This document shows, in pieces, positions 50,328 through 60,885 of a DNA stretch of 64,000 nucleotides. Made by a program: the position numbers and the translations under genes. The stretch is from Caldisericota bacterium (GTDB lineage: Bacteria > Caldisericota > Caldisericia > UBA6126 > JAGPKI01): contig JBPOJC010000005.1 of assembly GCA_052034135.1 (NCBI GenBank), forward strand, positions 76-64,075. The letters are read 5' to 3'. The notes under the pieces are model-generated. The model was not told the origin of the DNA and searched no databases. It was given only the letters and a program-made list of their open reading frames with translations. Numbering within the stretch: the first letter of the stretch is position 1; each line of letters starts with the position of its first letter.

Positions 50328-52832
50328 GTGAATTGGGATAATTTAACAGAGAGAGCTCAAAGGGCGATAATGTTATCGCAAGAAGAGGCTCAAAGACTTG
50401 GCAATGACTATTTGGGTACTGAGCACATTCTTTTAGGCCTTATAAGAGAAGGTCAAGGTGTTGCTTACAGAGCACTTTCCCTTTTAGGCGTGAACTTTCA
50501 ATACATTTATCAAAGGATTGAAAGCATTGTTAAAGAGAACAAGCGAATGAGATTTTACGATTTTTCATCTACAGAAGTAACTCTCACCCCCAGGGCGAAA
50601 AGAGTTTTTGAAATTGCTTCACTGGAAGCTCAGGAATTAGGACATAATTATATTGGAACTGAACATATACTTTTAGGATTAATCAGGGAGGGCGAAGGTA
50701 TAGCAGCCAAAGTCCTTGAAGAATCAGGAGTTGATCTTGCAAAAGTTAGAGAAGTTGTTTTAGCATTAATTGGTGAAAAGGAAAGTTTTGAACCAAGGAA
50801 GGGAGTAAAAGGAGGAGAAAAAAATACTCCTAAAGTTAAAACTTCTACTCTTGACCAATTTAGTAGGGATTTAACACAACTTGCCAAACAAGAAAAATTA
50901 GATCCTGTAATAGGCAGAGAGAAAGAAATTCAACGTTTAATCCAGATTTTAACAAGACGAACAAAAAATAATCCAGTTTTGATAGGAGATCCTGGAGTTG
51001 GTAAAACAGTAATTGTAGAAGGTTTAGCCCAAAAAATAGTTAATAATGAAATTCCAGATATTTTAAAAGGTAAAAGAGTAATCTCTCTTGACCTCTCAGG
51101 TATTGTAGCTGGAACTAAGTATAGAGGCGAATTCGAAGAGAGAATGAAAAAGATTATGGACGAAATAAAAAAAGCAAGCGGAGAAATAATACTATTTATA
51201 GATGAACTTCATACTGTAATTGGAGCAGGTGCAGCAGAGGGTTCAATTGATGCCTCAAATATTTTGAAGCCAGCTCTCGCTCGAGGTGAGCTTCGTTGTA
51301 TTGGCGCAACTACTATTGATGAGTATAGAAAACATATTGAAAGAGACCCTGCTCTTGAGAGAAGATTTCAGGCAATATATGTGTCCGAGCCAACTGTTTC
51401 AGAAACAATTGATATTCTTAAAGGTTTAAAGGATAAGTACGAAGCACACCATAAAGTAAAGATTTCTGAAGAAGCTATAAGTTCTGCTGCTAAGCTATCT
51501 GCTCGCTACATTACTCAAAGATTTCTTCCAGATAAAGCAATAGACCTAATTGATGAAGCATGTTCAAGTGTTAGACTTAAAGCTTCTATTCCTCCTGCCT
51601 CACTTAAAGAGCTCGAGGAAAAGGCAAAACAGATGAGCATAGAGAAGGAGTCTGCTATAAGAGGGCAAGAATTTGAAAAAGCTGCTCACTTTAGGGATGA
51701 GGAAAAAAAGATGAAAACTGAATATGAAAGATTAAAAGCTAAATGGGAAGAAGAAAGTACATTTAATGAACCAATAGTGACAGACGATGATGTAGCAGAT
51801 GTTGTCTCTCAGTGGACAAATATTCCTGTAGGGAAACTACTCAAAGAAGAGAAAGAAAAACTCCTACGCATGGAAGAAAGTTTAGCACAAAAGATTATAG
51901 GACAGGATGAAGTTATAAATATTGTTTCAAATGTGATAAGAAGAGCAAAAACTGGTTTAAAAGATTCCAGAAAGCCTGTTGGTGCTTTTCTATTCCTTGG
52001 TCCAACAGGTGTAGGAAAAACAGAATTTGCACGAGTTTTAGCTGAATATCTTTTTGGGACACCCGATGCGTTGATCAGGTTCGATATGAGTGAGTATATG
52101 GAAAAATTTTCAGTCTCTCGTCTCATAGGTGCTCCTCCAGGTTATGTAGGGTATGATGAAGGCGGGCAGCTAACTGAATCTGTAAGAAGGCAACCTTATT
52201 CTGTAGTTTTATTTGATGAAATTGAAAAAGCTCACCCAGACATTTACAACATTTTGCTTCAAATTTTTGATAACGGTAAACTTACTGATTCACAAGGAAG
52301 GGTTGTAAATTTCTCTAATACTATAATAATACTCACATCAAATTTATGGGGTGGACAAAAGAGTAGCAAGGCACTTGGCTTTACAACTGATAAAAATTCA
52401 AGCGAAGAAGATAAAGTTTTAAAGAAAGAAAATTTAATGAATGAGCTTAAAAAATATTTTAAACCTGAATTTCTGAACAGGTTGGATGATGAAATAGTTT
52501 TCAATTCATTAACACAGGATGACATTTTGAAAATGGTAGATTTGTTATTTAAGAAAATTCAAGGAGAATTAAGCGATAACAATATAAAACTTACTCTTTC
52601 GAATGAAGCAAAGAAACAACTTGCAATTTTAGGATTTGATGAGAAATTCGGAGCAAGACCACTTTGGAGAGTAATGGAGAAAAATATTTCCAATGCCATA
52701 TCTGAAAAGATACTCCAGGACGAAATAAAAGACGAAGACTCCATTTATATAGATTATGAAGATGGTAATTTTAAATTTGTAAAAGTTAAGTCTAATGATT
52801 TAGAAGAAGCTCCTGCTCAATTATCTTCTTAG
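50328..52832 (+). CDS. clpC: Clp ATPase ClpC (AAA+ chaperone)
   Basis: Two Clp_N repeats, two AAA modules ([16 protein letters not shown]) and a UVR-like linker. Confidence 0.85.
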   Translation: MNWDNLTERAQRAIMLSQEEAQRLGNDYLGTEHILLGLIREGQGVAYRALSLLGVNFQYIYQRIESIVKENKRMRFYDFSSTEVTLTPRAKRVFEIASLEAQELGHNYIGTEHILLGLIREGEGIAAKVLEESGVDLAKVREVVLALIGEKESFEPRKGVKGGEKNTPKVKTSTLDQFSRDLTQLAKQEKLDPVIGREKEIQRLIQILTRRTKNNPVLIGDPGVGKTVIVEGLAQKIVNNEIPDILKGKRVISLDLSGIVAGTKYRGEFEERMKKIMDEIKKASGEIILFIDELHTVIGAGAAEGSIDASNILKPALARGELRCIGATTIDEYRKHIERDPALERRFQAIYVSEPTVSETIDILKGLKDKYEAHHKVKISEEAISSAAKLSARYITQRFLPDKAIDLIDEACSSVRLKASIPPASLKELEEKAKQMSIEKESAIRGQEFEKAAHFRDEEKKMKTEYERLKAKWEEESTFNEPIVTDDDVADVVSQWTNIPVGKLLKEEKEKLLRMEESLAQKIIGQDEVINIVSNVIRRAKTGLKDSRKPVGAFLFLGPTGVGKTEFARVLAEYLFGTPDALIRFDMSEYMEKFSVSRLIGAPPGYVGYDEGGQLTESVRRQPYSVVLFDEIEKAHPDIYNILLQIFDNGKLTDSQGRVVNFSNTIIILTSNLWGGQKSSKALGFTTDKNSSEEDKVLKKENLMNELKKYFKPEFLNRLDDEIVFNSLTQDDILKMVDLLFKKIQGELSDNNIKLTLSNEAKKQLAILGFDEKFGARPLWRVMEKNISNAISEKILQDEIKDEDSIYIDYEDGNFKFVKVKSNDLEEAPAQLSS

Positions 52833-53183
52833 TTCTTCCTCAGTAAAACCAAAATGGTGCGCTATCTCGTGATAAAGGACTTCTTTGATTAATTTGCTTA
52901 TTTCAATATTTCTAATTGCTGCAACTTTTTTAATGTTTTCAGAAAATAGTGTAATCTTGTCAGGGAGTGTAAAGGAATAACCTAAAGAGCCTTTTAAGGG
53001 GTTAGGGATTCCCTCATAAAGCCCTAAAAGGAGACTATCCTTGGAGGAAAACTCTTTTTGGGGATAATCTTTAATAAAAATTGCTACATTTTTAAGTTTT
53101 TCTTTAAACTCATTTGGAAGAGAATTGACAGCATCCTCAACATAATCGCGAAAAGTTTTTTCTTTTTCTTCTTCTTCAGACAT
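52821..53183 (-). CDS. Zincin-like metallopeptidase family protein
   Basis: HExxH motif YHEIAHHFG near the C-terminus. Confidence 0.45.
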   Translation of the reverse strand: MSEEEEKEKTFRDYVEDAVNSLPNEFKEKLKNVAIFIKDYPQKEFSSKDSLLLGLYEGIPNPLKGSLGYSFTLPDKITLFSENIKKVAAIRNIEISKLIKEVLYHEIAHHFGFTEEELRR

Positions 53184-53236
53184 TTACTAAAATTATAGTT
53201 AGTTTAGTATTTTTATGTAATATAAAGAAGTAAAAA

Positions 53237-53440
53237 GAGGAGACCCTTCGTCGCTTTCAGATACGCTCCTCAGGGTGACTGGTGGCTTGAGATCCTTCGG
53301 TCGTTGAGAAGACACTCCCTCAGGAAGACGGGAGGGAGTGTGAGATCCCTTCGTCGCTTTCAGATATGCTCCTCAGGGTGACGAGGGTGGTGAGCGGAGA
53401 CCCTTACGAAGTAAAATACGTTCCTTCAGGGTAACGGAGG
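53237..53440. repeat. Four tandem, diverged units of about 50 bp (ggagaYccttcgtcgctttcagatacgctcctcagggtgac type) of the dispersed repeat family
   Basis: Read directly. The same module occurs at 6716, 7205 and 7517. Confidence 0.7.
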
Positions 53441-53523
53441 TATTCCAATCTCAAAAGAATCTAATAAAATGAAAATGTTAGTAGATCAAATTTATTAAAT
53501 AAAACAACATAACGGAGGGTCAA

Positions 53524-53958
53524 ATGCTAAAAGAATTCAAAGAGTTTATAATGCGAGGAAATGTTCTTGATATGGCAATTGGAATTATAATTGGTGCAGC
53601 TTTTGGAAAAATTGTAACTTCTCTCGTCAATGATATCTTGATGCCGCCGATTGGATTATTGCTTGGTAGAGTAGATTTTTCAAACTTGTTCATAAATCTA
53701 TCAGGACATCCCTATAAAACACTTGCAGAAGCAAAAGCAGCAGGTGCAGCAACTATAAACTACGGCGTATTTCTCAATAATGTAATTGACTTTATAATAG
53801 TATCTTTCGCTATCTTCTTGCTCGTTCGCCAAATAAATAGATTGAAACGTCAGGAAGAAAAGCAAGTAACAACTAAAGAGTGTCCATATTGTCATTCTAA
53901 TATTCCAATCAAAGCAATTCGTTGTCCCTACTGTACTTCAGAACTAACAGCACCATAA
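53524..53958 (+). CDS. mscL: Large-conductance mechanosensitive channel MscL with a C-terminal zinc-ribbon extension
   Basis: [28 protein letters not shown] is the MscL N-terminal signature. The C-terminus ends in CPYC...CPYC. Confidence 0.8.
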   Translation: MLKEFKEFIMRGNVLDMAIGIIIGAAFGKIVTSLVNDILMPPIGLLLGRVDFSNLFINLSGHPYKTLAEAKAAGAATINYGVFLNNVIDFIIVSFAIFLLVRQINRLKRQEEKQVTTKECPYCHSNIPIKAIRCPYCTSELTAP

Positions 53959-54025
53959 AATGATAAAAATTTACTAAAAAGTTTTAAATAAAATAATAAA
54001 TAATAGGTTTTTGAATTCTTTTATC

Positions 54026-54060
54026 AAAAATGGTAATATTTCAAAAATGGTAATATTTAT
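54026..54060 (+). promoter_or_regulatory. Perfect 17-bp tandem direct repeat (caaaaatggtaatattt, twice) upstream of the peroxiredoxin gene
   Basis: Read directly. Lies about 45 bp upstream of the start codon at 54103. Confidence 0.3.
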
Positions 54061-54102
54061 TTATAAGGAATCATAAAACTTAAAAAGAGGAGGAAGAAAA
54101 TT

Positions 54103-54768
54103 ATGGAATCTACACAAGAGAAGAGAATGCCACTTTTAGGAGATACCTTTCCGGAAATGAGAGTGCAGACTACACACGGAATAATGGAGTTGCCTAAAGC
54201 TTTTGCGGGAAAATGGTTTGTTCTGTTTAGTCATCCCGCAGATTTCACGCCTGTTTGCACTACAGAATTTGTTGCTTTTCAAAATAGATACGATAAATTT
54301 AGAGCAATGAACTGTGAACTCATAGGATTAAGCGTTGATCAAGTTTTTGCTCACATAAAGTGGGAGGAGTGGATAAAAGAGAATTTAAATGTTGAAATAC
54401 AATTTCCAATAATTGCTGATACGGGATCTGTTGCACAAACTCTCGGTTTAATTCATCCTGGTAAAGGAACAAATACAGTAAGAGCGGTTTTTGTTGTTGA
54501 TGATAATGCAAAAATAAGAGTTATACTTTACTATCCTCAGGAATTAGGCAGAAACATGGAAGAGATTTTAAGAATTGTTGAAGCAATACAGATTTCCGAT
54601 AAAAATAAGGTTTCTATGCCGGCTAATTGGCCAAACAATGAGCTCATAAAAGACCGTGTAATAATTCCAGCTCCTACTGATGTGAAAGGAGCTAATGAAA
54701 GAAAAGAAAAAGCAAAAATGGGTGAAATTGAGTGTTTTGATTGGTGGCTATGCCATAGAAAATTATAA
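54103..54768 (+). CDS. Peroxiredoxin (Prx6 / 1-Cys-type AhpC/TSA family)
   Basis: Peroxidatic Cys motif FTPVCTTE in a thioredoxin fold. Confidence 0.8.
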   Translation: MESTQEKRMPLLGDTFPEMRVQTTHGIMELPKAFAGKWFVLFSHPADFTPVCTTEFVAFQNRYDKFRAMNCELIGLSVDQVFAHIKWEEWIKENLNVEIQFPIIADTGSVAQTLGLIHPGKGTNTVRAVFVVDDNAKIRVILYYPQELGRNMEEILRIVEAIQISDKNKVSMPANWPNNELIKDRVIIPAPTDVKGANERKEKAKMGEIECFDWWLCHRKL

Positions 54769-54784
54769 AGAGTAGGAGAAAAAC

Positions 54785-55066
54785 ATGTTATCACAAATAC
54801 CTATTAACCTTGAAAAGGTAGGAAAAGATTTAGATAAGGAGATTTTAAGGGCAGGAATAATAGCTGAATTAGATGCCATAAACCTATATGAGCAAATGGC
54901 AGCTATGACCAAAAATGATCTTATTAGGAAAATGCTTTTGGATATAGCCAAAGAAGAAAAGACCCACATGGGCGAATTTCAAACACTACTATTAAAGGAA
55001 GACGAAGAGCAATTAAAGGAGTTAGAAGCAGGAAAAAAGGAAGTCATTGAATTGATGGAGGAATAA
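54785..55066 (+). CDS. Small ferritin-like/rubrerythrin-like diiron protein (putative)
   Basis: E...LYEQMA...EEKTHMGEF resembles the half-ferritin E..H diiron ligand pattern. Confidence 0.4.
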   Translation: MLSQIPINLEKVGKDLDKEILRAGIIAELDAINLYEQMAAMTKNDLIRKMLLDIAKEEKTHMGEFQTLLLKEDEEQLKELEAGKKEVIELMEE

Positions 55067-55138
55067 CACTGGTGTAAAGATTCCACTTTTGAATTAATTT
55101 ATTAGCAAAACTTAAATCATAAGAGATTTAGGTGAAAT

Positions 55139-55888
55139 ATGGTTAAAAAACAAAAAAATTTGGATTTAATCAATATTCGTAAAAATTTAGTTATAGTTAC
55201 TATATTTGGTATAGCTATGGGTTTTCTTGAAACAGTGGTAGTTGTTTACCTTAGGCAGTTATATTATCCAGAAGGATTTATGTTTCCTCTAAAATTAATG
55301 TCCTTAGATGTTACTATTATTGAATATATAAGAGAAATCTCTACTTTAGTAATGCTTTGCTGCATAGGGGCAATTGCTGGAACGAATTTTCTTGAAAAAT
55401 TCTCTTATTTCCTTTACTGCTTTGGTATATGGGATATTTTCTATTATATATGGCTGAAAGTTTTAATTAATTGGCCATCATCTTTATTGACGTGGGATAT
55501 TTTATTTCTTATTCCTGTTGTATGGGTTGGTCCTGTTTTAGCACCTGTAATTTGTTCTATAACAATGATATTTTTAGCTGGATGTGTATTATATTTTAAA
55601 GGTAAAGGGCATTCCGTGAGTATGACTTTGCGCGAATGGTTATTAATGATAGTAGGTGCATTTATTATTTTCTGTACATTTATTTGGGATTATACTAAGT
55701 TAATAATCAAAGGAGGCTTTCTTTCAAACATATGGACAATAGGGACTAATGAGGATTTTCAGCAGCTAATTTCTCAATATGTTCCTACTCATTATAATTG
55801 GTATCTATTCATTATAGGAGAAATATTTATACTTTGTTCTATAGGGTTATTTTGTAGAAGATTTAAAAAATCAACCTCTAATAACTGA
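55139..55888 (+). CDS. Hypothetical integral membrane protein
   Basis: Six or seven predicted TM helices and no motif. Confidence 0.35.
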   Translation: MVKKQKNLDLINIRKNLVIVTIFGIAMGFLETVVVVYLRQLYYPEGFMFPLKLMSLDVTIIEYIREISTLVMLCCIGAIAGTNFLEKFSYFLYCFGIWDIFYYIWLKVLINWPSSLLTWDILFLIPVVWVGPVLAPVICSITMIFLAGCVLYFKGKGHSVSMTLREWLLMIVGAFIIFCTFIWDYTKLIIKGGFLSNIWTIGTNEDFQQLISQYVPTHYNWYLFIIGEIFILCSIGLFCRRFKKSTSNN

Positions 55889-55957
55889 ATTGATTTTTAT
55901 TTGTGGAAAGTAGAAAATATAATTAATATGTTTTAGAATAAGAGGCGATAAATAAAG

Positions 55958-56506
55958 ATGGAAAAAAGAAAAGATAATTTAAAAGGCAAAATTATATTTG
56001 TATCTATTTTTTTGATTGTAATTTTTATTAGTTCTTGCAGTAAGCCTTCATCGAACAAAGTATTCTCTAATAAGTATTTTACTTTTGAATATCCAAAGGA
56101 TTGGTCTGTGAGCGCTAAAGAAAATAATGTTACAGTTACAGGACCTATTGAAGATGCTTATTTTGTCAATGTAAAATTTGATTTTAGTCCCGAAGTTAAT
56201 AGTAATCTCATTGAATTTAAAAAAACCGTTGAAACTCAAAATAGATTAGAGCTTCTTCCTGGTTTTGTAGATGGAGGAGAGAAAGAATTAACAATTTCAG
56301 GTATTCCTGCTATTAAGCATTCTTTGAAAACAGTCGTAAAGCCTACTGAATCTGCCCCATATATAACTCTCTTTGTTAATCTTATATATGTTGTATCTGA
56401 AGATCAAAAGGTTGGCGTTGTCATAACTACGGAGGTTCCTGAAAGATATAACCTTAAATATGAAGATATTCTTAATAATATAATTAATTCCTTTAAGTTT
56501 AGATAA
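55958..56506 (+). CDS. Hypothetical lipoprotein
   Basis: Signal peptide with lipobox FISSC. Confidence 0.4.
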   Translation: MEKRKDNLKGKIIFVSIFLIVIFISSCSKPSSNKVFSNKYFTFEYPKDWSVSAKENNVTVTGPIEDAYFVNVKFDFSPEVNSNLIEFKKTVETQNRLELLPGFVDGGEKELTISGIPAIKHSLKTVVKPTESAPYITLFVNLIYVVSEDQKVGVVITTEVPERYNLKYEDILNNIINSFKFR

Positions 56507-57741
56507 TGAAGAAATATGTATTAATTTTTTTACTCGTTTTATTTGTGTTAAACAGTTTTTCTGCATTTAATTTAGCTGCAGAAGATAGCTCCATACATAT
56601 TTCAATAAATGAAAGCCAATTCTTATATGTTGGAAATAACTATACAAAAAGGATTATTGCTTTGGAAAAGTATGGATATTGTATAAAAAATATTTCCACT
56701 GAAACTAAAATAAAGTATTTAGAAGATATATGCTCTTGTCCCTGCGGAGGCTATTTGTTAATTTCCGATCCATTAAATAATAAGGTGGTTTCTATTGATG
56801 ATATAGATGGTAAAACTAATTATACTATATCGGTTGAAAAGCCTGGAAGTTTAGCAATTTCTAAAAATAAAATAAGATATGAGGGAATTATCAGCGAAAA
56901 GAGAAATTCCATTCTATTATATACTGACAGTGGCAAAATTATTAGAGAGATACCTCAAAAAGGTAAATTCGATGAAGCCTCGGCAATTCTCATTGATAAA
57001 GATAACAATATTTGGGTATCTGATTCTAAAGACGGCAAGTTACTAAAGTTAGACTTAAAAGGTAATATTTTAAAGAACATAAAAAATGCTGATTTGTATG
57101 GGGCAACAGATATTGATTCAGATAAATTTGGTTACGTTTACACAATATCGAGAAATAAAGTTTTGCTTAAGTTTGGAAGTGATGGAAAATTTTTAGGGAA
57201 GTTTAATCTCAGTAATATTCTTACTTCTTCGCCTGTAAGTTTAGCGATCGATTCTGTTGATTCTTTTATTTGGATTGCTTGTAGCGATGATAATATCTTT
57301 AAGTTTGATTCAAACTTAAAACTAATTGATAAAATTACAGATATTACAAAGAAAGAAAAGAAAAAGGTTATATATCTAAAGATAGGCAGCAGAATACTCG
57401 ATTATGTTGGATTTAACCCCACTATTTTGGATGCACCACCTTTTATAGATAAGAGTTCAAATAGGACTCTTGTCCCGGTGAGAGCAATATCTGAAATTTA
57501 TGGTGCAGAAGTCGCATGGGCTGATAAGGAAAGAAAAGTAACTATAAAACTTGGTTCCAAAGTAATCAATCTTTTTATAGGTAAGAAAGAAGCCACCATT
57601 AACGGTAAGACTTTTATTTTGGATTGTCCACCAATGATTGTATCAGGCAGGACATTTGTTCCTTTAAGGTTTATTTCAGAGGCTTTAGGCGCAGAGGTTA
57701 AGTGGATTCCTTCGGAAGAAAGAATAGTTATAGCTCTGTAA
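56506..57741 (+). CDS. Secreted NHL-repeat protein with two C-terminal copper-amine-oxidase N-terminal-like (stalk) domains
   Basis: Signal peptide. NHL-like IWVSDSKDGKLLKLD. Two RTLVPVRAISE/RTFVPLRFISE modules. Confidence 0.45.
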   Translation: MKKYVLIFLLVLFVLNSFSAFNLAAEDSSIHISINESQFLYVGNNYTKRIIALEKYGYCIKNISTETKIKYLEDICSCPCGGYLLISDPLNNKVVSIDDIDGKTNYTISVEKPGSLAISKNKIRYEGIISEKRNSILLYTDSGKIIREIPQKGKFDEASAILIDKDNNIWVSDSKDGKLLKLDLKGNILKNIKNADLYGATDIDSDKFGYVYTISRNKVLLKFGSDGKFLGKFNLSNILTSSPVSLAIDSVDSFIWIACSDDNIFKFDSNLKLIDKITDITKKEKKKVIYLKIGSRILDYVGFNPTILDAPPFIDKSSNRTLVPVRAISEIYGAEVAWADKERKVTIKLGSKVINLFIGKKEATINGKTFILDCPPMIVSGRTFVPLRFISEALGAEVKWIPSEERIVIAL

Positions 57742-58354
57742 TTTTTATTGCCCCTGCTCTTAAGACATTTATACCTTCTTTTGTTACTGATATAACAGTA
57801 GAGCTCTCACGTTCAGGCAGGTTTCCATAGTCAATTGTTAACGAAACTCGTGGTTCTTGATTATTTAGAGTTTCTTCTATTTCAAAGCCATTTTTAAAGG
57901 GTGGACTACCACTAATATTTGCGCTTGTAGTCATTAGAGGTATTTTGCAATATGCAAGCAAATCAAGGATTAGAGGAAAATTTGGTATTCTAATTCCAAT
58001 TGTATCCGATTCTTCTACGGAACAAAAAAGAGAAAGGTTTTTCTTTTTCTCAAACACAGCAGTAAGTGGTCCTGGCCAGTATTTATGAAGGATTCTATTT
58101 TTTAGTAACTCTGGTTCTTCTATATATTCACTTGCTTCTTCGATTGAAGCGAGGAAAAGAATCAATGGTTTTTCTTTATCTCTTTTCTTTATTTCATAAA
58201 TTTTTTCAACAGAGTTTTTAGAAAGCCCATTTGCCCCAAGCCCATAAACAGTATCAGTAGGAAATGCTATAATTTCTGATGAGTTAAGCGCTGTTTTTAT
58301 AATTTCTTTCTCTAAGAGAGATAGTTTAGCCTTATCCCTTGCATTTATGACCAT
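57728..58354 (-). CDS. tsaC: L-threonylcarbamoyladenylate synthase (TsaC/YrdC family)
   Basis: YrdC motif FPTDTVYGLGAN. Confidence 0.75.
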   Translation of the reverse strand: MVINARDKAKLSLLEKEIIKTALNSSEIIAFPTDTVYGLGANGLSKNSVEKIYEIKKRDKEKPLILFLASIEEASEYIEEPELLKNRILHKYWPGPLTAVFEKKKNLSLFCSVEESDTIGIRIPNFPLILDLLAYCKIPLMTTSANISGSPPFKNGFEIEETLNNQEPRVSLTIDYGNLPERESSTVISVTKEGINVLRAGAIKITEL

Positions 58355-58908
58355 TATTTCTTTTTGAGGTTAAGCATTTTATTTTCTGTATGGTTTAAAA
58401 GTCTTTTTATGTTTGATGAGTGTCTTATAATTCCAAGAGCGCAAGCGATAAAACCAAAAAGAATATTCTGTGGTGATTGAGCAAATATTCCTATAAATAT
58501 AGGAACAGATATATAACCTGCAATAGAAGCTAATGAAACATACCCAGAGAAAACTAAAACAATTAACCAGACTGAAAAAACAAGTAAAGCAATTTTAAAA
58601 TTAAAAGCTGTTATTACACCTATTGTTGTTGCAACACCTTTGCCACCTTTAAATTTTAAGAAAGGTGAAAAATCATGCCCTAATATTGCAAAAGATGAAA
58701 GCAATAGTAGGTTAGTGTCGTTTATGTTAAATAACTTAAGTCCAATATAATAAGGAATAAAACCTTTAAAGAAATCAAGAATAAACGATATTATGCCTAC
58801 TACTGGCCCAGCTACCCTGAATACATTTGTTGCGCCAATATTTCCACTTCCGTGGGATCTTATATCTATTCCTTTATACAGTTTGGCTAAAATGTATCCA
58901 AACGGCAT
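58354..58908 (-). CDS. plsY: Glycerol-3-phosphate acyltransferase PlsY
   Basis: HGSGNIGATN motif and multi-TM topology. Confidence 0.85.
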   Translation of the reverse strand: MPFGYILAKLYKGIDIRSHGSGNIGATNVFRVAGPVVGIISFILDFFKGFIPYYIGLKLFNINDTNLLLLSSFAILGHDFSPFLKFKGGKGVATTIGVITAFNFKIALLVFSVWLIVLVFSGYVSLASIAGYISVPIFIGIFAQSPQNILFGFIACALGIIRHSSNIKRLLNHTENKMLNLKKK

Positions 58909-58955
58909 TGAACCAATAAGAAAAGAAACGACACAAAAGAGAATTTCTTTATTAA

Positions 58956-59810
58956 TTATAGGAAATAGCCTCCAATCACTCTTGGAATGCCAGCTAAATC
59001 TTTTCTTACAAATATATTTCTTAAACCTTGAAGATAGAATAACTCTTTAACTTTGTTCTCCTGTAAGCCTCCATCTATTTCAATAAGAAGCAAGCCATTC
59101 TTCTTTAAAAATTTATTAGCAGAGGATAAAATTTTATTTATTAATTCTAAACCTTCTTTTCCTCCGTTAAGTGCGATTAACGGCTCTGCTTTAACTTCTT
59201 TTGAAAGTTTTTTAATTCTTTCTGAAGGTATGTAAGGAGGATTAGAAATTATTAAGTCATATTTTTTACCAGTTGGTATAGGAGAGAAAAGATCTCCAAT
59301 ATATAAAGTAATCTTATCGCTTAAAGAGTATTTTTCGATATTTACTTTAGCTATACAAATTGCTTCTTCAGAAATATCAGTTGCGTCAATTTTTACATTT
59401 GGACAATTTAAGCATAGCGCAATTGACACTGCTCCACACCCAACACCTATTTCTAATACATTATTCTCGGTTGAAATATTGTTTTTGAGGAATTTTAATC
59501 CCTCTTCAACTAATATTTCTGTTTCCTGTCTTGGAATAAGCGCTCCATTTGCTACACTTAATTGTATGCCATAAAACTCTCTTTTCCCTGTTATGTAGTA
59601 TAATGGTTCACCAGAAATTCTTTTTCTAAGTAATTCTTTGTATTTAATATATGAAGAAGTGTCTATGTTATCAAAAATATTCTTGTAAAGTTCGGTTTTA
59701 CTCTTTTTTAAAACATAAGAAAGAAGCACTTCAGCTTCAGTTCTATTGGAAGAAAATTTCTTTAAGTACTTACTTCCGAAAGCTAAAGCCTCGTTTACAG
59801 TTTTTGCCAT
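58956..59810 (-). CDS. prmC: Release factor glutamine methyltransferase PrmC/HemK
   Basis: IISNPPY motif and SAM-binding GVGCG. Directly downstream of prfA. Confidence 0.8.
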   Translation of the reverse strand: MAKTVNEALAFGSKYLKKFSSNRTEAEVLLSYVLKKSKTELYKNIFDNIDTSSYIKYKELLRKRISGEPLYYITGKREFYGIQLSVANGALIPRQETEILVEEGLKFLKNNISTENNVLEIGVGCGAVSIALCLNCPNVKIDATDISEEAICIAKVNIEKYSLSDKITLYIGDLFSPIPTGKKYDLIISNPPYIPSERIKKLSKEVKAEPLIALNGGKEGLELINKILSSANKFLKKNGLLLIEIDGGLQENKVKELFYLQGLRNIFVRKDLAGIPRVIGGYFL

Positions 59811-59811
59811 T

Positions 59812-60882
59812 TTAAATGACTAACTCCTTTTTTCGTTCTTCATCATATTTAACTCTTAAATTAGAAATTAGTTCATCTAATTCACCATTCATAATATCTG
59901 TTAAATTATAAAGAGTCAAGCCTATTCGATGATCTGTAACTCTATTTTGTGGAAAATTATAAGTTCTTATCTTTTCACTTCTTTCCCCCCAACCTATCTG
60001 GGATCTTCTCTTTTTTGCTTCTTCTTCATTACTTTTTTTAATTTCTATGTCGAGAAGTCTTGCCATCAAAACCTTTAGAGCTCTTTCTTTGTTTTGTAAT
60101 TGAGACCTTTCATCCTGACAGGAAACAGTTATGCCAGTAGGCATATGCGTTATTCTTACAGCTGTTTCATTCTTCTGAACGTTTTGACCACCATGACCAC
60201 CTGCTTTAAAAGTTTCTATTTTTAAATCCTCTTGCTTAATTTCTATTGAGGCTTCTTTAGCTTCAGGCATAACGGCAACTGTAACTGTTGAAGTATGAAT
60301 TCTACCACTTGATTCGGTTTCAGGAACTCTCTGAACTCTATGAACTCCACTCTCAAGCATTAAATATTTGTATACATTATTGCCTATAACTTCAAAAATA
60401 ATTTCTTTAAATCCACCAAGACCTGTAGGGTGAGAAGATATGATATCTATTTTCCAGCCTTTAGAAATAGCATAACCTGAATACATTCTAAACAACTCTG
60501 CTGCAAATAACGCTGCTTCTTCTCCTCCTGCGGCAGCTCTTATTTCCATTATAACATTGTTTTCCTCGAAAGGCTCTTCTGGAAGCGTCTTTTCCTCATA
60601 TTTTTTTAAAAGTTCTTCCTTCTTCTTTTGCAACAATGATAATTCACTTTCAATTTCTTCAACAAACTCTGGGTCATTTGATTCTTTTTTGAGAAGCATT
60701 AAATCTGTTTCTTCTTTTATTAATTTTTCATAATCTTGCACTATATCTATTAATTCTTTTAGTTTAGCTTCTTCCTTACTATATTTTATTAAAAGATCCT
60801 GATTTGATAATATTTCGTTGGAGGAGAGCTTCTCAAGTATTTCTTTATATTTATTTTTGAGTTCAATTGAATCTACGAGCAT
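59812..60882 (-). CDS. prfA: Peptide chain release factor 1
   Basis: GGQHVN-type motif AGGHGGQNVQK and a PxT-region. Confidence 0.9.
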   Translation of the reverse strand: MLVDSIELKNKYKEILEKLSSNEILSNQDLLIKYSKEEAKLKELIDIVQDYEKLIKEETDLMLLKKESNDPEFVEEIESELSLLQKKKEELLKKYEEKTLPEEPFEENNVIMEIRAAAGGEEAALFAAELFRMYSGYAISKGWKIDIISSHPTGLGGFKEIIFEVIGNNVYKYLMLESGVHRVQRVPETESSGRIHTSTVTVAVMPEAKEASIEIKQEDLKIETFKAGGHGGQNVQKNETAVRITHMPTGITVSCQDERSQLQNKERALKVLMARLLDIEIKKSNEEEAKKRRSQIGWGERSEKIRTYNFPQNRVTDHRIGLTLYNLTDIMNGELDELISNLRVKYDEERKKELVI

Positions 60883-60885
60883 ATT

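Noticed and set aside
54785-55888. Encapsulin nanocompartment (ferritin-like cargo plus shell gene)
   Set aside because: The gene after the small ferritin-like ORF is a multi-TM membrane protein, not an HK97-fold shell protein.
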